Source: Candidatus Uhrbacteria bacterium | GTDB lineage: Bacteria; Patescibacteriota; Patescibacteriia; 2-12-FULL-60-25 | Reading direction: 5' to 3' | NCBI GenBank assembly: GCA_016203535.1 | Contig: JACQMO010000015.1 | Span: forward strand, 37,295 to 101,294 | Length of the DNA: 64,000 nucleotides | Shown here: one piece after another, positions 34,131-43,276 of the stretch | How the letters are laid out: each line of letters begins with the position of its first letter | How positions within the stretch are numbered: position 1 is the stretch's first letter | Made by a program: the position numbers and the translations under genes | Notes under the pieces: generated by a model | The model's input: only the letters and a program-made list of their open reading frames with translations | What the model was told of the DNA's origin: nothing | Database searches by the model: none

Positions 34131-36167
34131 ATGAGCCGTAAAAGCATCAATCGCCGCGTCGTCTGGCTCCTCGTCCTCGCCGCGGCCGCGGCGTCCGTTT
34201 CGTATCCGCCCCCGCTCAACTGGCTGATCTCACAGGCGAACGCGACGTTCCGTACCAAGATTCCCAGCGTACACGCGCCGTTCGTCCTCGGGCTTGACCT
34301 CCAGGGCGGATCGCGCCTCGAATACGCGGCCGACATTTCCAAGATCCCGACGGAGGATCAAACCGGCGCCATTGAAGGCGTCCGCGACGTGATCGAACGC
34401 CGCGTGAATACGCTCGGCGTGTCCGAGCCGCTCGTGCAGACGGCGAAAGCCGGGGATGAATGGCGCGTGTCCGTCGAGCTGGCCGGCATCCGCGACATCA
34501 ACCTCGCGATCAACCTCATCGGGGAAACGCCCATCCTGGAGTTTAAGGAAGAAAATACGGACCCGCCGCGCCAGCTGACGGACGACGAACGGAAAAACAT
34601 CGACGAAACGAACGCCTCCGCGAAGACGCGCGCCGAAGATGCTTTGAAGCGCCTGGCGGCGGACGCGAATGCGCTCGAAGCCATTGCGCGCGAATCGTCC
34701 GACCACGCCGCGTCGAAGGCGAACGGCGGCGACCTCGGGTTCATCAAGGACAGCGCCGAGTTCGCGGATCTCTTTGCCGAGGTGAAGGGTGACGCGGCGG
34801 GGACCGTCCATCCGACGATCATCGAGACGCCCGCCTACGAGATCGTGGCGAAGGTTGAAGAGACGAAAGACGCCGGGAGCGAAATCAACGCCGCGCACCT
34901 CCTTGTTTCCTTTGCCGGAGCCGTGGCGGGGAATTCCACCTCCACAAAAGAACAGGCACGGACGCGCATCGAGGACCTCAAAAAACAGGTGACGCCGGAG
35001 AACTTCCGCGAGCTCGCAAAGAAATACTCCGAGGAGCCGGGCGCTTCCGAAAGCGGCGGCGACCTCGGCTGGTTCGGGCAGGGCGTCATGGTCACGCAAT
35101 TCGAAGAACCCGCGTTCAAACTCCAAAAAGGCCAGATTTCGGACACCGTCGAGACGCAATTCGGCTATCACCTGATTTTCAAGGAAGACGAGCGGCCGCT
35201 CCGCGACGTCCGCGTCCGCGCGGCATTTTTCAAGAAGTTGCAGGAGTCGGACATCCTTCCGCCGAGGGATCCGTGGAAAAACACAGAGCTCACGGGACGC
35301 AACTTGAAGCGGTCGCAACTCGATTTCGACCAGTACGGCGGCTCCGCCCAGGTCACGCTTCAGTTCGACGACGAGGGCACGAAGCTTTTTTCGGACATCA
35401 CGCGGCGCAACATCGGAAAGCCGGTCGCGATCTTTCTGGACGGTCAGCCGATTTCCATCCCGACCGTGAACAGCGAGATCCCCGGCGGCACGGCCGTGAT
35501 CACGGGCAGCTTCAGCATCGCGGAGGCGAAGCTCCTTGCCCAGCGGCTGAACGCGGGCGCGCTGCCCGTCCCGATCAACCTGATCGCGCAACAGACCGTC
35601 GGACCCACGCTCGGGCAGGATTCGATTGACGCGTCCCTCCGCGCCGCGTTGTACGGCATTCTCTTCGTCGCGTTCTTCATGTTGGTGCTGTACCGGCTGC
35701 CGGGGCTCATGGCCGTGATCACGCTCGGTCTGTATGTCGCCGTGTCCCTCGCGATCTTCAAACTCGTGCCGGTAACGCTGACGCTGTCGGGCATCGCGGG
35801 ATTCATCTTGTCCATCGGGATCGCGGTGGACGCCAACGTCCTCGTCTTTGAACGCCTGAAGGAAGAACTTCGGCTCGGGAAGCCGCTCCGGACGGCGCTG
35901 GAAGAGGCGTTTAAACGCGCCTGGTCTTCCATCCGGGACGGGAATGCGACCACGCTCATTTCGTGCGCCGTTCTCTATTGGTTTACGTCCTCGGTAATCA
36001 AGGGGTTCGCGCTCACGCTCGCGATCGGCGTCACGTTGTCCATGTTCTCCGCGGTCGTCGCGACGCGGACGATTCTTCGAGCCCTGTCCGGATTCGGATG
36101 GGTCCAGCGGAACGGCTGGCTGTTCCCCGGAGGAACGCGTCGCTCGGATGACGAAAAACACGTATGA
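34131..36167 (+). CDS. secD: Protein translocase subunit SecD with an embedded parvulin-type PPIase domain
   Basis: SecD motifs LGLDLQGG, GKPVAIFLDG, NAGALPVP plus 6 C-terminal TMs. The insert at about 34600-35260 has a parvulin signature. I chose ATG 34131 (GGGAGGG SD); alternatives are 34074 and 34101. Confidence 0.9.
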   Translation: MSRKSINRRVVWLLVLAAAAASVSYPPPLNWLISQANATFRTKIPSVHAPFVLGLDLQGGSRLEYAADISKIPTEDQTGAIEGVRDVIERRVNTLGVSEPLVQTAKAGDEWRVSVELAGIRDINLAINLIGETPILEFKEENTDPPRQLTDDERKNIDETNASAKTRAEDALKRLAADANALEAIARESSDHAASKANGGDLGFIKDSAEFADLFAEVKGDAAGTVHPTIIETPAYEIVAKVEETKDAGSEINAAHLLVSFAGAVAGNSTSTKEQARTRIEDLKKQVTPENFRELAKKYSEEPGASESGGDLGWFGQGVMVTQFEEPAFKLQKGQISDTVETQFGYHLIFKEDERPLRDVRVRAAFFKKLQESDILPPRDPWKNTELTGRNLKRSQLDFDQYGGSAQVTLQFDDEGTKLFSDITRRNIGKPVAIFLDGQPISIPTVNSEIPGGTAVITGSFSIAEAKLLAQRLNAGALPVPINLIAQQTVGPTLGQDSIDASLRAALYGILFVAFFMLVLYRLPGLMAVITLGLYVAVSLAIFKLVPVTLTLSGIAGFILSIGIAVDANVLVFERLKEELRLGKPLRTALEEAFKRAWSSIRDGNATTLISCAVLYWFTSSVIKGFALTLAIGVTLSMFSAVVATRTILRALSGFGWVQRNGWLFPGGTRRSDDEKHV

Positions 36168-37057
36168 ACATCATCGCCTGGCGAAAAATTTGGTATGTCT
36201 TCTCCGGTCTGCTCATCGCCGGATCCGTCGCGGCCGTCGCGTCGTTCGGGTTGAAGCAGGGGATCGACTTTACGGGCGGTTCGCTCCTGTCGGTCCGGTT
36301 TGAGGCGGCGCGCCCGTCTCCCGTCGAGGCGGAACAGGCGCTCGCCGCGCTCGATCTCGGCGCGATCACGGTCCAGCCCGTCGGGGACACGGACATGAAT
36401 TTCCGGCTGAAAGTGTTGGAGGAGCAGACGCACCAGGACGTCGTCCGGATCCTGAACGAACGGTTTGCGACGACGACCGAGCTCCAGTTCAACTCCATCG
36501 GCCCGTCCATCGGAAAGGAGCTGCGCCAGAAGTCCATCACCGCGCTCGTCATCATCTTTCTCTCCATCCTCGCGTACATCGCCTGGTCGTTCCGAAAAGT
36601 ATCCGCACCGATCCAGTCCTGGAAATACGGCGTCATCACGATCGCCACCGCGTTCCATGACGTGATGCTGCCGATCGGGGCGTTCGCCATCCTCGGGAAA
36701 TACGCGAACGTGGAGATCGGAACGCCGTTCATCGCTGCGATCCTCACCATCATGGGATATTCGATCAACGACACGATCGTGGTCCTCGACCGCGTGCGGG
36801 AAAACCTCCAGCGCGGAAGCGGGACGTTCGAGGACATTGTGGAACGGTCGGTCAAGCAGACGATGCTCCGATCCTTCAACACCTCGATGACGACGCTGCT
36901 TTCCCTTGTCGCGGTGTATTTTTTCGGCGGCGCTTCCATCCGGGACTTCGCCCTTGCGCTCATCATCGGAATCGCGACCGGAACCTATTCTTCGATTTTC
37001 ATCGCCTCTCCGCTGCTCGTCACGTGGAATGCGTGGAGCCGTAGGAAGAGGTCGTAG
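36164..37057 (+). CDS. secF: Protein translocase subunit SecF
   Basis: ATGA overlap with secD. GIDFTGGS and the 6-TM SecF core (GYSINDTIVVLDRVRE). Confidence 0.92.
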   Translation: MNIIAWRKIWYVFSGLLIAGSVAAVASFGLKQGIDFTGGSLLSVRFEAARPSPVEAEQALAALDLGAITVQPVGDTDMNFRLKVLEEQTHQDVVRILNERFATTTELQFNSIGPSIGKELRQKSITALVIIFLSILAYIAWSFRKVSAPIQSWKYGVITIATAFHDVMLPIGAFAILGKYANVEIGTPFIAAILTIMGYSINDTIVVLDRVRENLQRGSGTFEDIVERSVKQTMLRSFNTSMTTLLSLVAVYFFGGASIRDFALALIIGIATGTYSSIFIASPLLVTWNAWSRRKRS

Positions 37058-37081
37058 GTCGTAGGCGGTAGGTCGTAGCGA
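37041..37081 (+). repeat. Tandem heptamer array ...GTAGGTC|GTAGGCG|GTAGGTC|GTAGCGA
   Basis: Read directly. TAG occurs at 37042, 37055 (the secF stop), 37062, 37069 and 37076. Confidence 0.85.
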
Positions 37082-37126
37082 AAGGCGGCATTACGGGTTT
37101 TTTCGTGCTATCATACGGGCGACGCC

Positions 37127-38443
37127 ATGGAACAATTCCTGATCGGCTGGACGTCGTTTCTTGATCTCGCCGGCGAATCTCCGTTCGCCGCGATGTGGGT
37201 TGTGTTTTTGAACGGCGGGTGGATCGCGTTTACCGTCGCATTTTTCTGGGCGCTGTCACGGTACTGGCTGAATCTCCGCCAGATCGTGTTCGGATCGAAA
37301 AAGGAGTGGATGCTTCTCGCGATTACCATTCCGCGCATGACGGAACAGACCCCGCGCGCCGTGGAAAATATTTTCGCCCACCTGGCCGGCGCGCACAGTC
37401 CGGCGAGCTGGAAGGAAAAATGGATCGACGGGAAAACGCAGGACCAGATCAGCATGGAGATCGTGTCCATCGAAGGGCGCGTGCGGTTCATGGTCTACAC
37501 GACCCGTCCGCAGCGGGATCTCATCGAAGCGACGATCTACGCGCAGTATCCCGACGCGGAAATCGCGGAGGTGGAGGATTACACCCTCCAGGCGCCGACG
37601 CTCTATCCCGATCCCGAATGGGACGTGTTCGGAACGGAGATGATCCCGGTGAAGAAAACCGACGTTTATCCGCTCCGGACCTACCATGAGTTCGAAGACC
37701 AGGTGTCGGGAGAATTCAAAGATCCGATGGCGGTGATCCTGGAGAACCTTTCGCGGCTTGGTCCGGGCGAACAAGGGTGGTACCAGATCGTCATTACGCC
37801 GATCGACCAAAAGGCGTTCCGCGAGAAGGGGGAGATGTTCGTCAAGAAATTCACGGGCCAGAAGATCGAGGTGAAGAAGGGGATCATCGAACAGATCTTG
37901 ACCTATCCGTTCACGCTCATCGGAAGTTTCCTCCAGGAGATGGGCGTCATCCCGGCGCCGACGCCGCCGAAAAAACAGGAAGACCCCTTCGGCCGCGTCA
38001 TGAAGCTCACGCCGGGAGAGCGCAAAGTTCTGGAAGCCGTGGAGAACAAGATTTCGAAGATCGTCTTCCTGTGCAAAATCCGGTTTATCTACGTCGCGAA
38101 ACGGGAGGTCATGAAGAAGTCCCGCATCATCGGTCCGTTCGTCGGCGGCATCAAGCAGTTCAACACGAACGACATGCAGGCGCTCAAGCCGGAAAGCAAG
38201 CGCGTGGGCGTCAACAGCACGTTGTGGTTTTTCAAGGACCAGCGGAACGGTAAGCGCAAAACGCGCCTCATGCGCGCCTATCGCGCGCGGTCGAACTGGG
38301 TCGGCATCCCGGCGTTCCACTTGAGCATCGAGGAGTTGGCGAGCTTGTGGCATTTCCCCATCACCGTGCAAACAAAGGCTCCGCAACTCCAACGCACGGA
38401 AGCAAAGCGCTCCGAACCGCCGATAAACCTTCCGTTCGGGTAG
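37127..38443 (+). CDS. Hypothetical membrane protein (2 N-terminal TM plus large soluble domain), partner of the downstream ATPase
   Basis: The extended -10 TGcTATCAT (37106-37114) lies upstream. TMs are AAMWVVFLNGGWIAFTVAFFWAL and WMLLAITI. No family name recalled with confidence. Confidence 0.7.
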   Translation: MEQFLIGWTSFLDLAGESPFAAMWVVFLNGGWIAFTVAFFWALSRYWLNLRQIVFGSKKEWMLLAITIPRMTEQTPRAVENIFAHLAGAHSPASWKEKWIDGKTQDQISMEIVSIEGRVRFMVYTTRPQRDLIEATIYAQYPDAEIAEVEDYTLQAPTLYPDPEWDVFGTEMIPVKKTDVYPLRTYHEFEDQVSGEFKDPMAVILENLSRLGPGEQGWYQIVITPIDQKAFREKGEMFVKKFTGQKIEVKKGIIEQILTYPFTLIGSFLQEMGVIPAPTPPKKQEDPFGRVMKLTPGERKVLEAVENKISKIVFLCKIRFIYVAKREVMKKSRIIGPFVGGIKQFNTNDMQALKPESKRVGVNSTLWFFKDQRNGKRKTRLMRAYRARSNWVGIPAFHLSIEELASLWHFPITVQTKAPQLQRTEAKRSEPPINLPFG

Positions 38444-38472
38444 CTAATAGCCTGCCAGCCACCGCTTCCCCC

Positions 38473-40539
38473 ATGCCCATCCCATACAACCACGACCACG
38501 AAAACGAAATCAGCCTGTTCGCGCAGGTGAATTTTCGGAACCAATTCCGTCGGTTCGGCATCAAAACGGAAGACCGTCGCCGGCACATGTACGTCATGGG
38601 GAAGACCGGGATGGGAAAGACGACCCTCCTCGAAAACATGGTGCTGTCGGACATCCTGGCCGGGCACGGCGTTTGTTTCATCGACCCGCACGGCGACACC
38701 GCCGAACGGCTGCTCGATTACATCCCCTCGCATCGGATCAACGACGTGGTGTACTTCAACCCGGCGGACCAGGATTTTCCCGTCGGGTTCAACATCCTCG
38801 AGGTCGAGCGCGAGGAACAGAAGCACCTTGTCGCCTCCGGACTCATGGGAGTGTTCAAAAAAATCTGGCCGGACGTGTGGAGTCCGCGCATGGAGTACAT
38901 TTTGCTGAACTGCGTCCTGGCGCTCCTCGATTACCCGGGCTCGACGCTGCTCGGGATCAGCCGTCTGCTCGTGGACCAGGAATACCGCAAGCGGGTCGTG
39001 GTGAAGATCCAAAATCCCATCGTAAAGACTTTCTGGGTGACGGAGTTCGCGTCCTGGTCGGAAAAATACGCCACGGAAGCGATCGCCCCGATCCTGAACA
39101 AGGTCGGCCAGTTCCTGTCTGCGTCCATCATCCGCAACATCGTCGCGCAGGTGAAATCCACCATCAACCCGCGGCAGATCATGGACGAAGGTAAAATTTT
39201 CATCGTCAACCTTTCCAAAGGGAAGATCGGCGAGGACAACATGCGGCTGCTCGGCGGGATGGTGATCACGAAACTCCAGCTCGCCGCCATGGAGCGCGTG
39301 GACATCAAGAACGAGGAAGAACGGAGGGATTTTTACCTCTTCGTCGACGAGTTCCAGAATTTTGCCAACGAGTCGTTCGCGAGCATCCTCTCGGAAGCGC
39401 GAAAATACCGGCTGAACCTGATCATCGCCCACCAGTTCATCGGGCAGCTCACGGCAAAAGGGGACATGCTGGTCCGCGACGCGATTTTCGGCAACGTCGG
39501 AACCATCATCGTCATGCGGATCGGCGGCGAAGACGCGGTGTTTTTGGAAAACGAGTTCACGCCGACGTTCACCCCGGAGGACATGGTGAACCTTCCGAAG
39601 TACCAGATGTACCTCAAGCTCATGGTGGATGGGGTCGCGACGGCGCCGTTTTCCGCGACCGCGCTTCCGCCCATCGGCAACCGGACGGGGAGCGAGCAGA
39701 AAGTGATCGCGGTGTCCCGCGAACGGTACGCGCAGCCGCGGGCGGTCATCGAGGAGAAGGTGCTGCGCTGGAGCGGAATGGAGACCGCCGGCGCGGAACA
39801 GGAACTGACGTATCCGTCCATCCGGACGGCGGAAGAGCGCGAGCTCGGAGAAGAGCTTGGGGTTGCGGAAACCGCAGCGGCCGGACGAACGCCAACGGCT
39901 CCGGAGGGGGAAGAATTCCTTCGGATCAGCCCGGAGCGGATGAAGGCGCTCGTCAAGCCGAAGTCGAAGAAAGAAAAACCGATGTTTTCGCACACCTGCT
40001 CGCGGTGCGGGAAGACCTGGGAAATGCCGGTCCAGCTCGATCCGACGCGTCCGATGTTCTGTTCAGAATGCCTGCCGCTCGCGCGCGAGGAGCGGAAGGT
40101 GAAAAAAACCGTGCTCAAGTCCGCTTTCGAAGCATCCGTGTCCGGGAAACCGGCGGAGGGGATCGTGATCGAATCGGCCGGGTCGACGAATGAACGGGAC
40201 GCGGAAGCGCTCGCGCCCATGATGGAGGGAAAGGGACGTCCGGCCGGCCGGCGCGGCCGCGGCGGGGGTCCGCCAAACCGTCCGCGGATCGTCGGAGACG
40301 CGAAGCGATTTTCCGGGCCTCCATCGCCGCCGCCGACCGCGGCGGCAGAGCGCCCGGCCCGCGCGGTGAGCCTGCTTGCGGAACTCGAACGCGCCAAGGG
40401 GAAACGAATCGAGACGGACAAGAAGAAATTGGAAGACGCGCGCAGTTCGACGGTGTTCAAGCCGGCCGCGAGTTCCGTCAACCACGTCACGACGGGTCCC
40501 AAGCCCATCGCGCCCGGGCAACGAGTGACGTTTGAATAA
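38473..40539 (+). CDS. TraD/VirD4 (type IV coupling protein)-like P-loop ATPase with C-terminal zinc ribbon and low-complexity tail
   Basis: Walker A GKTGMGKTT, Walker B FYLFVDEFQNFA, no TM helix, C-terminal CSRCGK..x18..CSECL, then a Gly/Arg/Pro-rich tail. I placed the start at ATG 38473. Confidence 0.8.
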   Translation: MPIPYNHDHENEISLFAQVNFRNQFRRFGIKTEDRRRHMYVMGKTGMGKTTLLENMVLSDILAGHGVCFIDPHGDTAERLLDYIPSHRINDVVYFNPADQDFPVGFNILEVEREEQKHLVASGLMGVFKKIWPDVWSPRMEYILLNCVLALLDYPGSTLLGISRLLVDQEYRKRVVVKIQNPIVKTFWVTEFASWSEKYATEAIAPILNKVGQFLSASIIRNIVAQVKSTINPRQIMDEGKIFIVNLSKGKIGEDNMRLLGGMVITKLQLAAMERVDIKNEEERRDFYLFVDEFQNFANESFASILSEARKYRLNLIIAHQFIGQLTAKGDMLVRDAIFGNVGTIIVMRIGGEDAVFLENEFTPTFTPEDMVNLPKYQMYLKLMVDGVATAPFSATALPPIGNRTGSEQKVIAVSRERYAQPRAVIEEKVLRWSGMETAGAEQELTYPSIRTAEERELGEELGVAETAAAGRTPTAPEGEEFLRISPERMKALVKPKSKKEKPMFSHTCSRCGKTWEMPVQLDPTRPMFCSECLPLAREERKVKKTVLKSAFEASVSGKPAEGIVIESAGSTNERDAEALAPMMEGKGRPAGRRGRGGGPPNRPRIVGDAKRFSGPPSPPPTAAAERPARAVSLLAELERAKGKRIETDKKKLEDARSSTVFKPAASSVNHVTTGPKPIAPGQRVTFE

Positions 40540-40570
40540 TTCAGCTTCTCACTCCTTTTTTTCTTCCCCT

Positions 40571-41248
40571 ATGGCTGAACGCATCACCTTTAAGACGACC
40601 GACGGCGTTGAGATCGTCGGGGATTGGGTCACGGCGCCCACCACCTTCGGTGCAGTCGTTTTGCTGCACATGATGCCGCTCGATCGGACGTCCTGGAGGG
40701 CCTTCCAGCAGGCGCTTTCTGACCGCGGTCTCGCCTCGCTCGCCATCGATTTGCGCGGGCACGGCGAGAGCCTCGAAAGTTCCGAAAGCGGCAAGCTGGA
40801 TTACACGACCTTTTCGGACGAGGAGCACCAGTCGTCCCTCCTTGACGCCATCGGGGCGTTCGACTGGATCCGCCGCCGCGGGTTCGAACCCACCCGGATC
40901 TCCGCGTGCGGCGCGTCCATCGGCGCGAACCTGGCCGTGCAGCTCCTGTTGGAACAGCCCCAAATGTCCGGTGCGGCGCTCCTGTCCCCCGGAAGCAACT
41001 ACCACGGAACGAACGCCGTGTCGGACGCCGCGTCGGTGCTCGACCATCAGGGGATCTGGATCGCGGCATCCGAAGGGGACGACCAGGAATCGTTCGAAGC
41101 CGCGCAGGCCGTGTCGGACGCCGCGTCATCCACACGGAAGACCATGGTTCCGCTCAAAAACGCCGGCCACGGGACCGCGATGCTCCAGTCCCATCCGGAG
41201 CTGGTTGCGAATCTTGCGGACTGGCTCAAGGAAACCATCCAGGGGTGA
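40571..41248 (+). CDS. Alpha/beta hydrolase (dienelactone-hydrolase-like)
   Basis: Nucleophile elbow GASIGAN, HG..LESS region, C-terminal NAGHG. Confidence 0.7.
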   Translation: MAERITFKTTDGVEIVGDWVTAPTTFGAVVLLHMMPLDRTSWRAFQQALSDRGLASLAIDLRGHGESLESSESGKLDYTTFSDEEHQSSLLDAIGAFDWIRRRGFEPTRISACGASIGANLAVQLLLEQPQMSGAALLSPGSNYHGTNAVSDAASVLDHQGIWIAASEGDDQESFEAAQAVSDAASSTRKTMVPLKNAGHGTAMLQSHPELVANLADWLKETIQG

Positions 41249-41258
41249 CGCAAGACTT

Positions 41259-42137
41259 ATGCCGCGACGTCTCCTGCTTCTCTGCATGCCGGCGCTGTTT
41301 TTTCCGCTGCAGACGCTCGCGGCGACGTCCACCCCCGACGTCCCCTCGGCGACGTCCACATACGCGCGCCGGGACGGCGAGTTTTCCGCCGCCCTCGTGA
41401 TGGACGCACGGACGAAGAAGGTCCTCTATGCCTATCAGGCAGACCTCGCCTGGCCGGCGGCGTCGCTCACCAAGCTCATGGGCGCGCTCGTCTTTCTGGA
41501 TTACCGTCCGTCCTGGAACACCATCGTCTCCATCAAGAAACAGGACGAGGTCGGCGGCGGACGCCTGCGCGTGAACTCGGGCGCGACGATGTCCGTCCGT
41601 GACATGCTTTACTCGAGCATCACCGCGAGCGCGAACAACGCCGCGACGGCGCTCGCGCGGATCACGCTCGGGCGGACAGCGTTTGTGCGCGCGATGAACC
41701 GGAAAGCGGCCAAGCTTGGGCTCGCGGAGACGCATTTCGTGGACCCGTCCGGCATCAGCCCGAAAAACGTCACGACCGCCCGCGACATGGCTAAGCTGGC
41801 GCTCGCGGCGTTTTCGGTCGACGCGATCCGACGTCCGGCGACGACCGCGTCCTACCGGTTCAAGATCCGGAATACCGGCGAGGTGAAGACGCTCAAAAGC
41901 ACGAACGACCTCCTGATCGCAGAGGCGTACGACGACGTGTTCGTGACCGGAGGGAAAACCGGGTTTTTATACGAGTCCGCGTACAACCTCGCGGTGCGCC
42001 TGAAACCGCTCGATCCGGCCAAAAAGCTTCCAAACCTCCTCGTGGTGGTGTTCGGATCGCAGACGCGCGAATCGTCATTCGAGAGCGCCCGCTCCCTTGC
42101 CACATGGGCCTGGAACGGGTATACGTCCTCTCAATGA
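41259..42137 (+). CDS. D-alanyl-D-alanine carboxypeptidase (peptidase S11)
   Basis: Signal peptide, an SxxK active-site motif (ASLTK), an SAN motif (SxN-type) and a GKTG motif (KTG-type). Confidence 0.85.
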   Translation: MPRRLLLLCMPALFFPLQTLAATSTPDVPSATSTYARRDGEFSAALVMDARTKKVLYAYQADLAWPAASLTKLMGALVFLDYRPSWNTIVSIKKQDEVGGGRLRVNSGATMSVRDMLYSSITASANNAATALARITLGRTAFVRAMNRKAAKLGLAETHFVDPSGISPKNVTTARDMAKLALAAFSVDAIRRPATTASYRFKIRNTGEVKTLKSTNDLLIAEAYDDVFVTGGKTGFLYESAYNLAVRLKPLDPAKKLPNLLVVVFGSQTRESSFESARSLATWAWNGYTSSQ

Positions 42138-43276
42138 ACGTCGACCTCCTTGCCAACACGCTGGCCGAATTGAACCAACCCGCCTTCCGCTTGGCGCAGG
42201 CTAAACGGGCGTTTTTTGTCGAGCTCCTCGGGTCCTGGGCGGAGGTGACCCCGTTTCCAAAACCGCTTCGGGAGCAGCTGGCCGAACGCGTCCCGTGGTC
42301 GAGTCTCACGCCGGTGCAGACGGTGGAAAGCTCCCGCGGCGACACCGTGAAGACGTTGTTCTCCACCGCGGACCTTCCCGGCCGGCAGGCGGGTGGAAAT
42401 AAAATCGAAGCCGTGCTGATGCGCCACGAAGGCGGACGGAATACGGTTTGCATCTCATCGCAAATAGGCTGCGCCATGGCCTGCGCGTTTTGCGCCACCG
42501 GGACCATGGGATGGAAGCGCAACCTCACGGCCGAGGAGATGGTCGACCAGGTGCTGCATTTCTCCCGCCGGCTGAAGGGAAAAGCCGCTCATGTGACGAA
42601 CGTGGTGTTCATGGGGATGGGGGAACCGCTCAACAACTACGACGAGGTCATGAAGGCGGTGCGGATTCTGAACGATCCCGACGGCATCTGCCTCGGCGCG
42701 CGCCACATTACGATCTCGACCTGCGGGCTCGTCCCCGGCATCCGCCGTCTCGCCAAAGAGCCCATCCAGATCAATCTCGCCATTTCGCTCCATTCCGCGA
42801 TTGATGCGACGCGGAGCGACATCATGCCGGTCAACAAGGCCTTCCCGGTCAGGAAGCTTATGGAGGCGGTGGACGAATACGCCGAGCGGACCAACCGGAA
42901 AGTGTTTTTCGAATACCTCCTGCTCAAGGGCGTGAACGATACGAAGGAGGAGGCCGAAGCGCTCGTGAACCTGCTCGGCCACAACAAGCGGCTCTATCAT
43001 GTGAACCTGATCAAGTATCATGACACGGACATGTTCGATGCCACGGACCGCGAGGCGCGTGTGAGGTTCATGCACTGGCTGCAGCGTCGCGGCATGCCGG
43101 TGACGCACCGCATCTCGTTCGGCGAGGACATCGACGCGGCGTGCGGGCAACTTGCCGTGAACGACGCCGCCGGTATGCTTGCGCAGGGCAAGCTCGCCGT
43201 CCGCGCCAATCGGAAGACCAAGCCCGCGTCCGCCGCGGCGCTTGAAGTCCGCGAACGTCAGCGCGCCCGTTCATGA
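42134..43276 (+). CDS. rlmN: 23S rRNA/tRNA (adenine-C2)-methyltransferase, radical SAM
   Basis: ATGA overlap. CAMACAFCATG radical-SAM cluster and MGMGEPL. Confidence 0.92.
   Translation: MNVDLLANTLAELNQPAFRLAQAKRAFFVELLGSWAEVTPFPKPLREQLAERVPWSSLTPVQTVESSRGDTVKTLFSTADLPGRQAGGNKIEAVLMRHEGGRNTVCISSQIGCAMACAFCATGTMGWKRNLTAEEMVDQVLHFSRRLKGKAAHVTNVVFMGMGEPLNNYDEVMKAVRILNDPDGICLGARHITISTCGLVPGIRRLAKEPIQINLAISLHSAIDATRSDIMPVNKAFPVRKLMEAVDEYAERTNRKVFFEYLLLKGVNDTKEEAEALVNLLGHNKRLYHVNLIKYHDTDMFDATDREARVRFMHWLQRRGMPVTHRISFGEDIDAACGQLAVNDAAGMLAQGKLAVRANRKTKPASAAALEVRERQRARS

Noticed and set aside
34230-36161. 643-aa minus-strand ORF opposite secD, with similar shadows at 38278-39993, 30728-31906, 45223-46557, 20651-21745 and 49516-50538
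   Set aside because: Each one overlaps a confidently identified conserved gene (secD, the T4CP-like ATPase, secA, alaS, the permease, rpoA). All have Arg-rich low-complexity translations, so they are shadow ORFs.
40870-40895. GGGTTCGAACCC, a T-loop-like sequence that could flag a tRNA
   Set aside because: It lies in frame inside the alpha/beta-hydrolase CDS (..RRGFEPTRIS..), and no acceptor or anticodon stems can be drawn around it.
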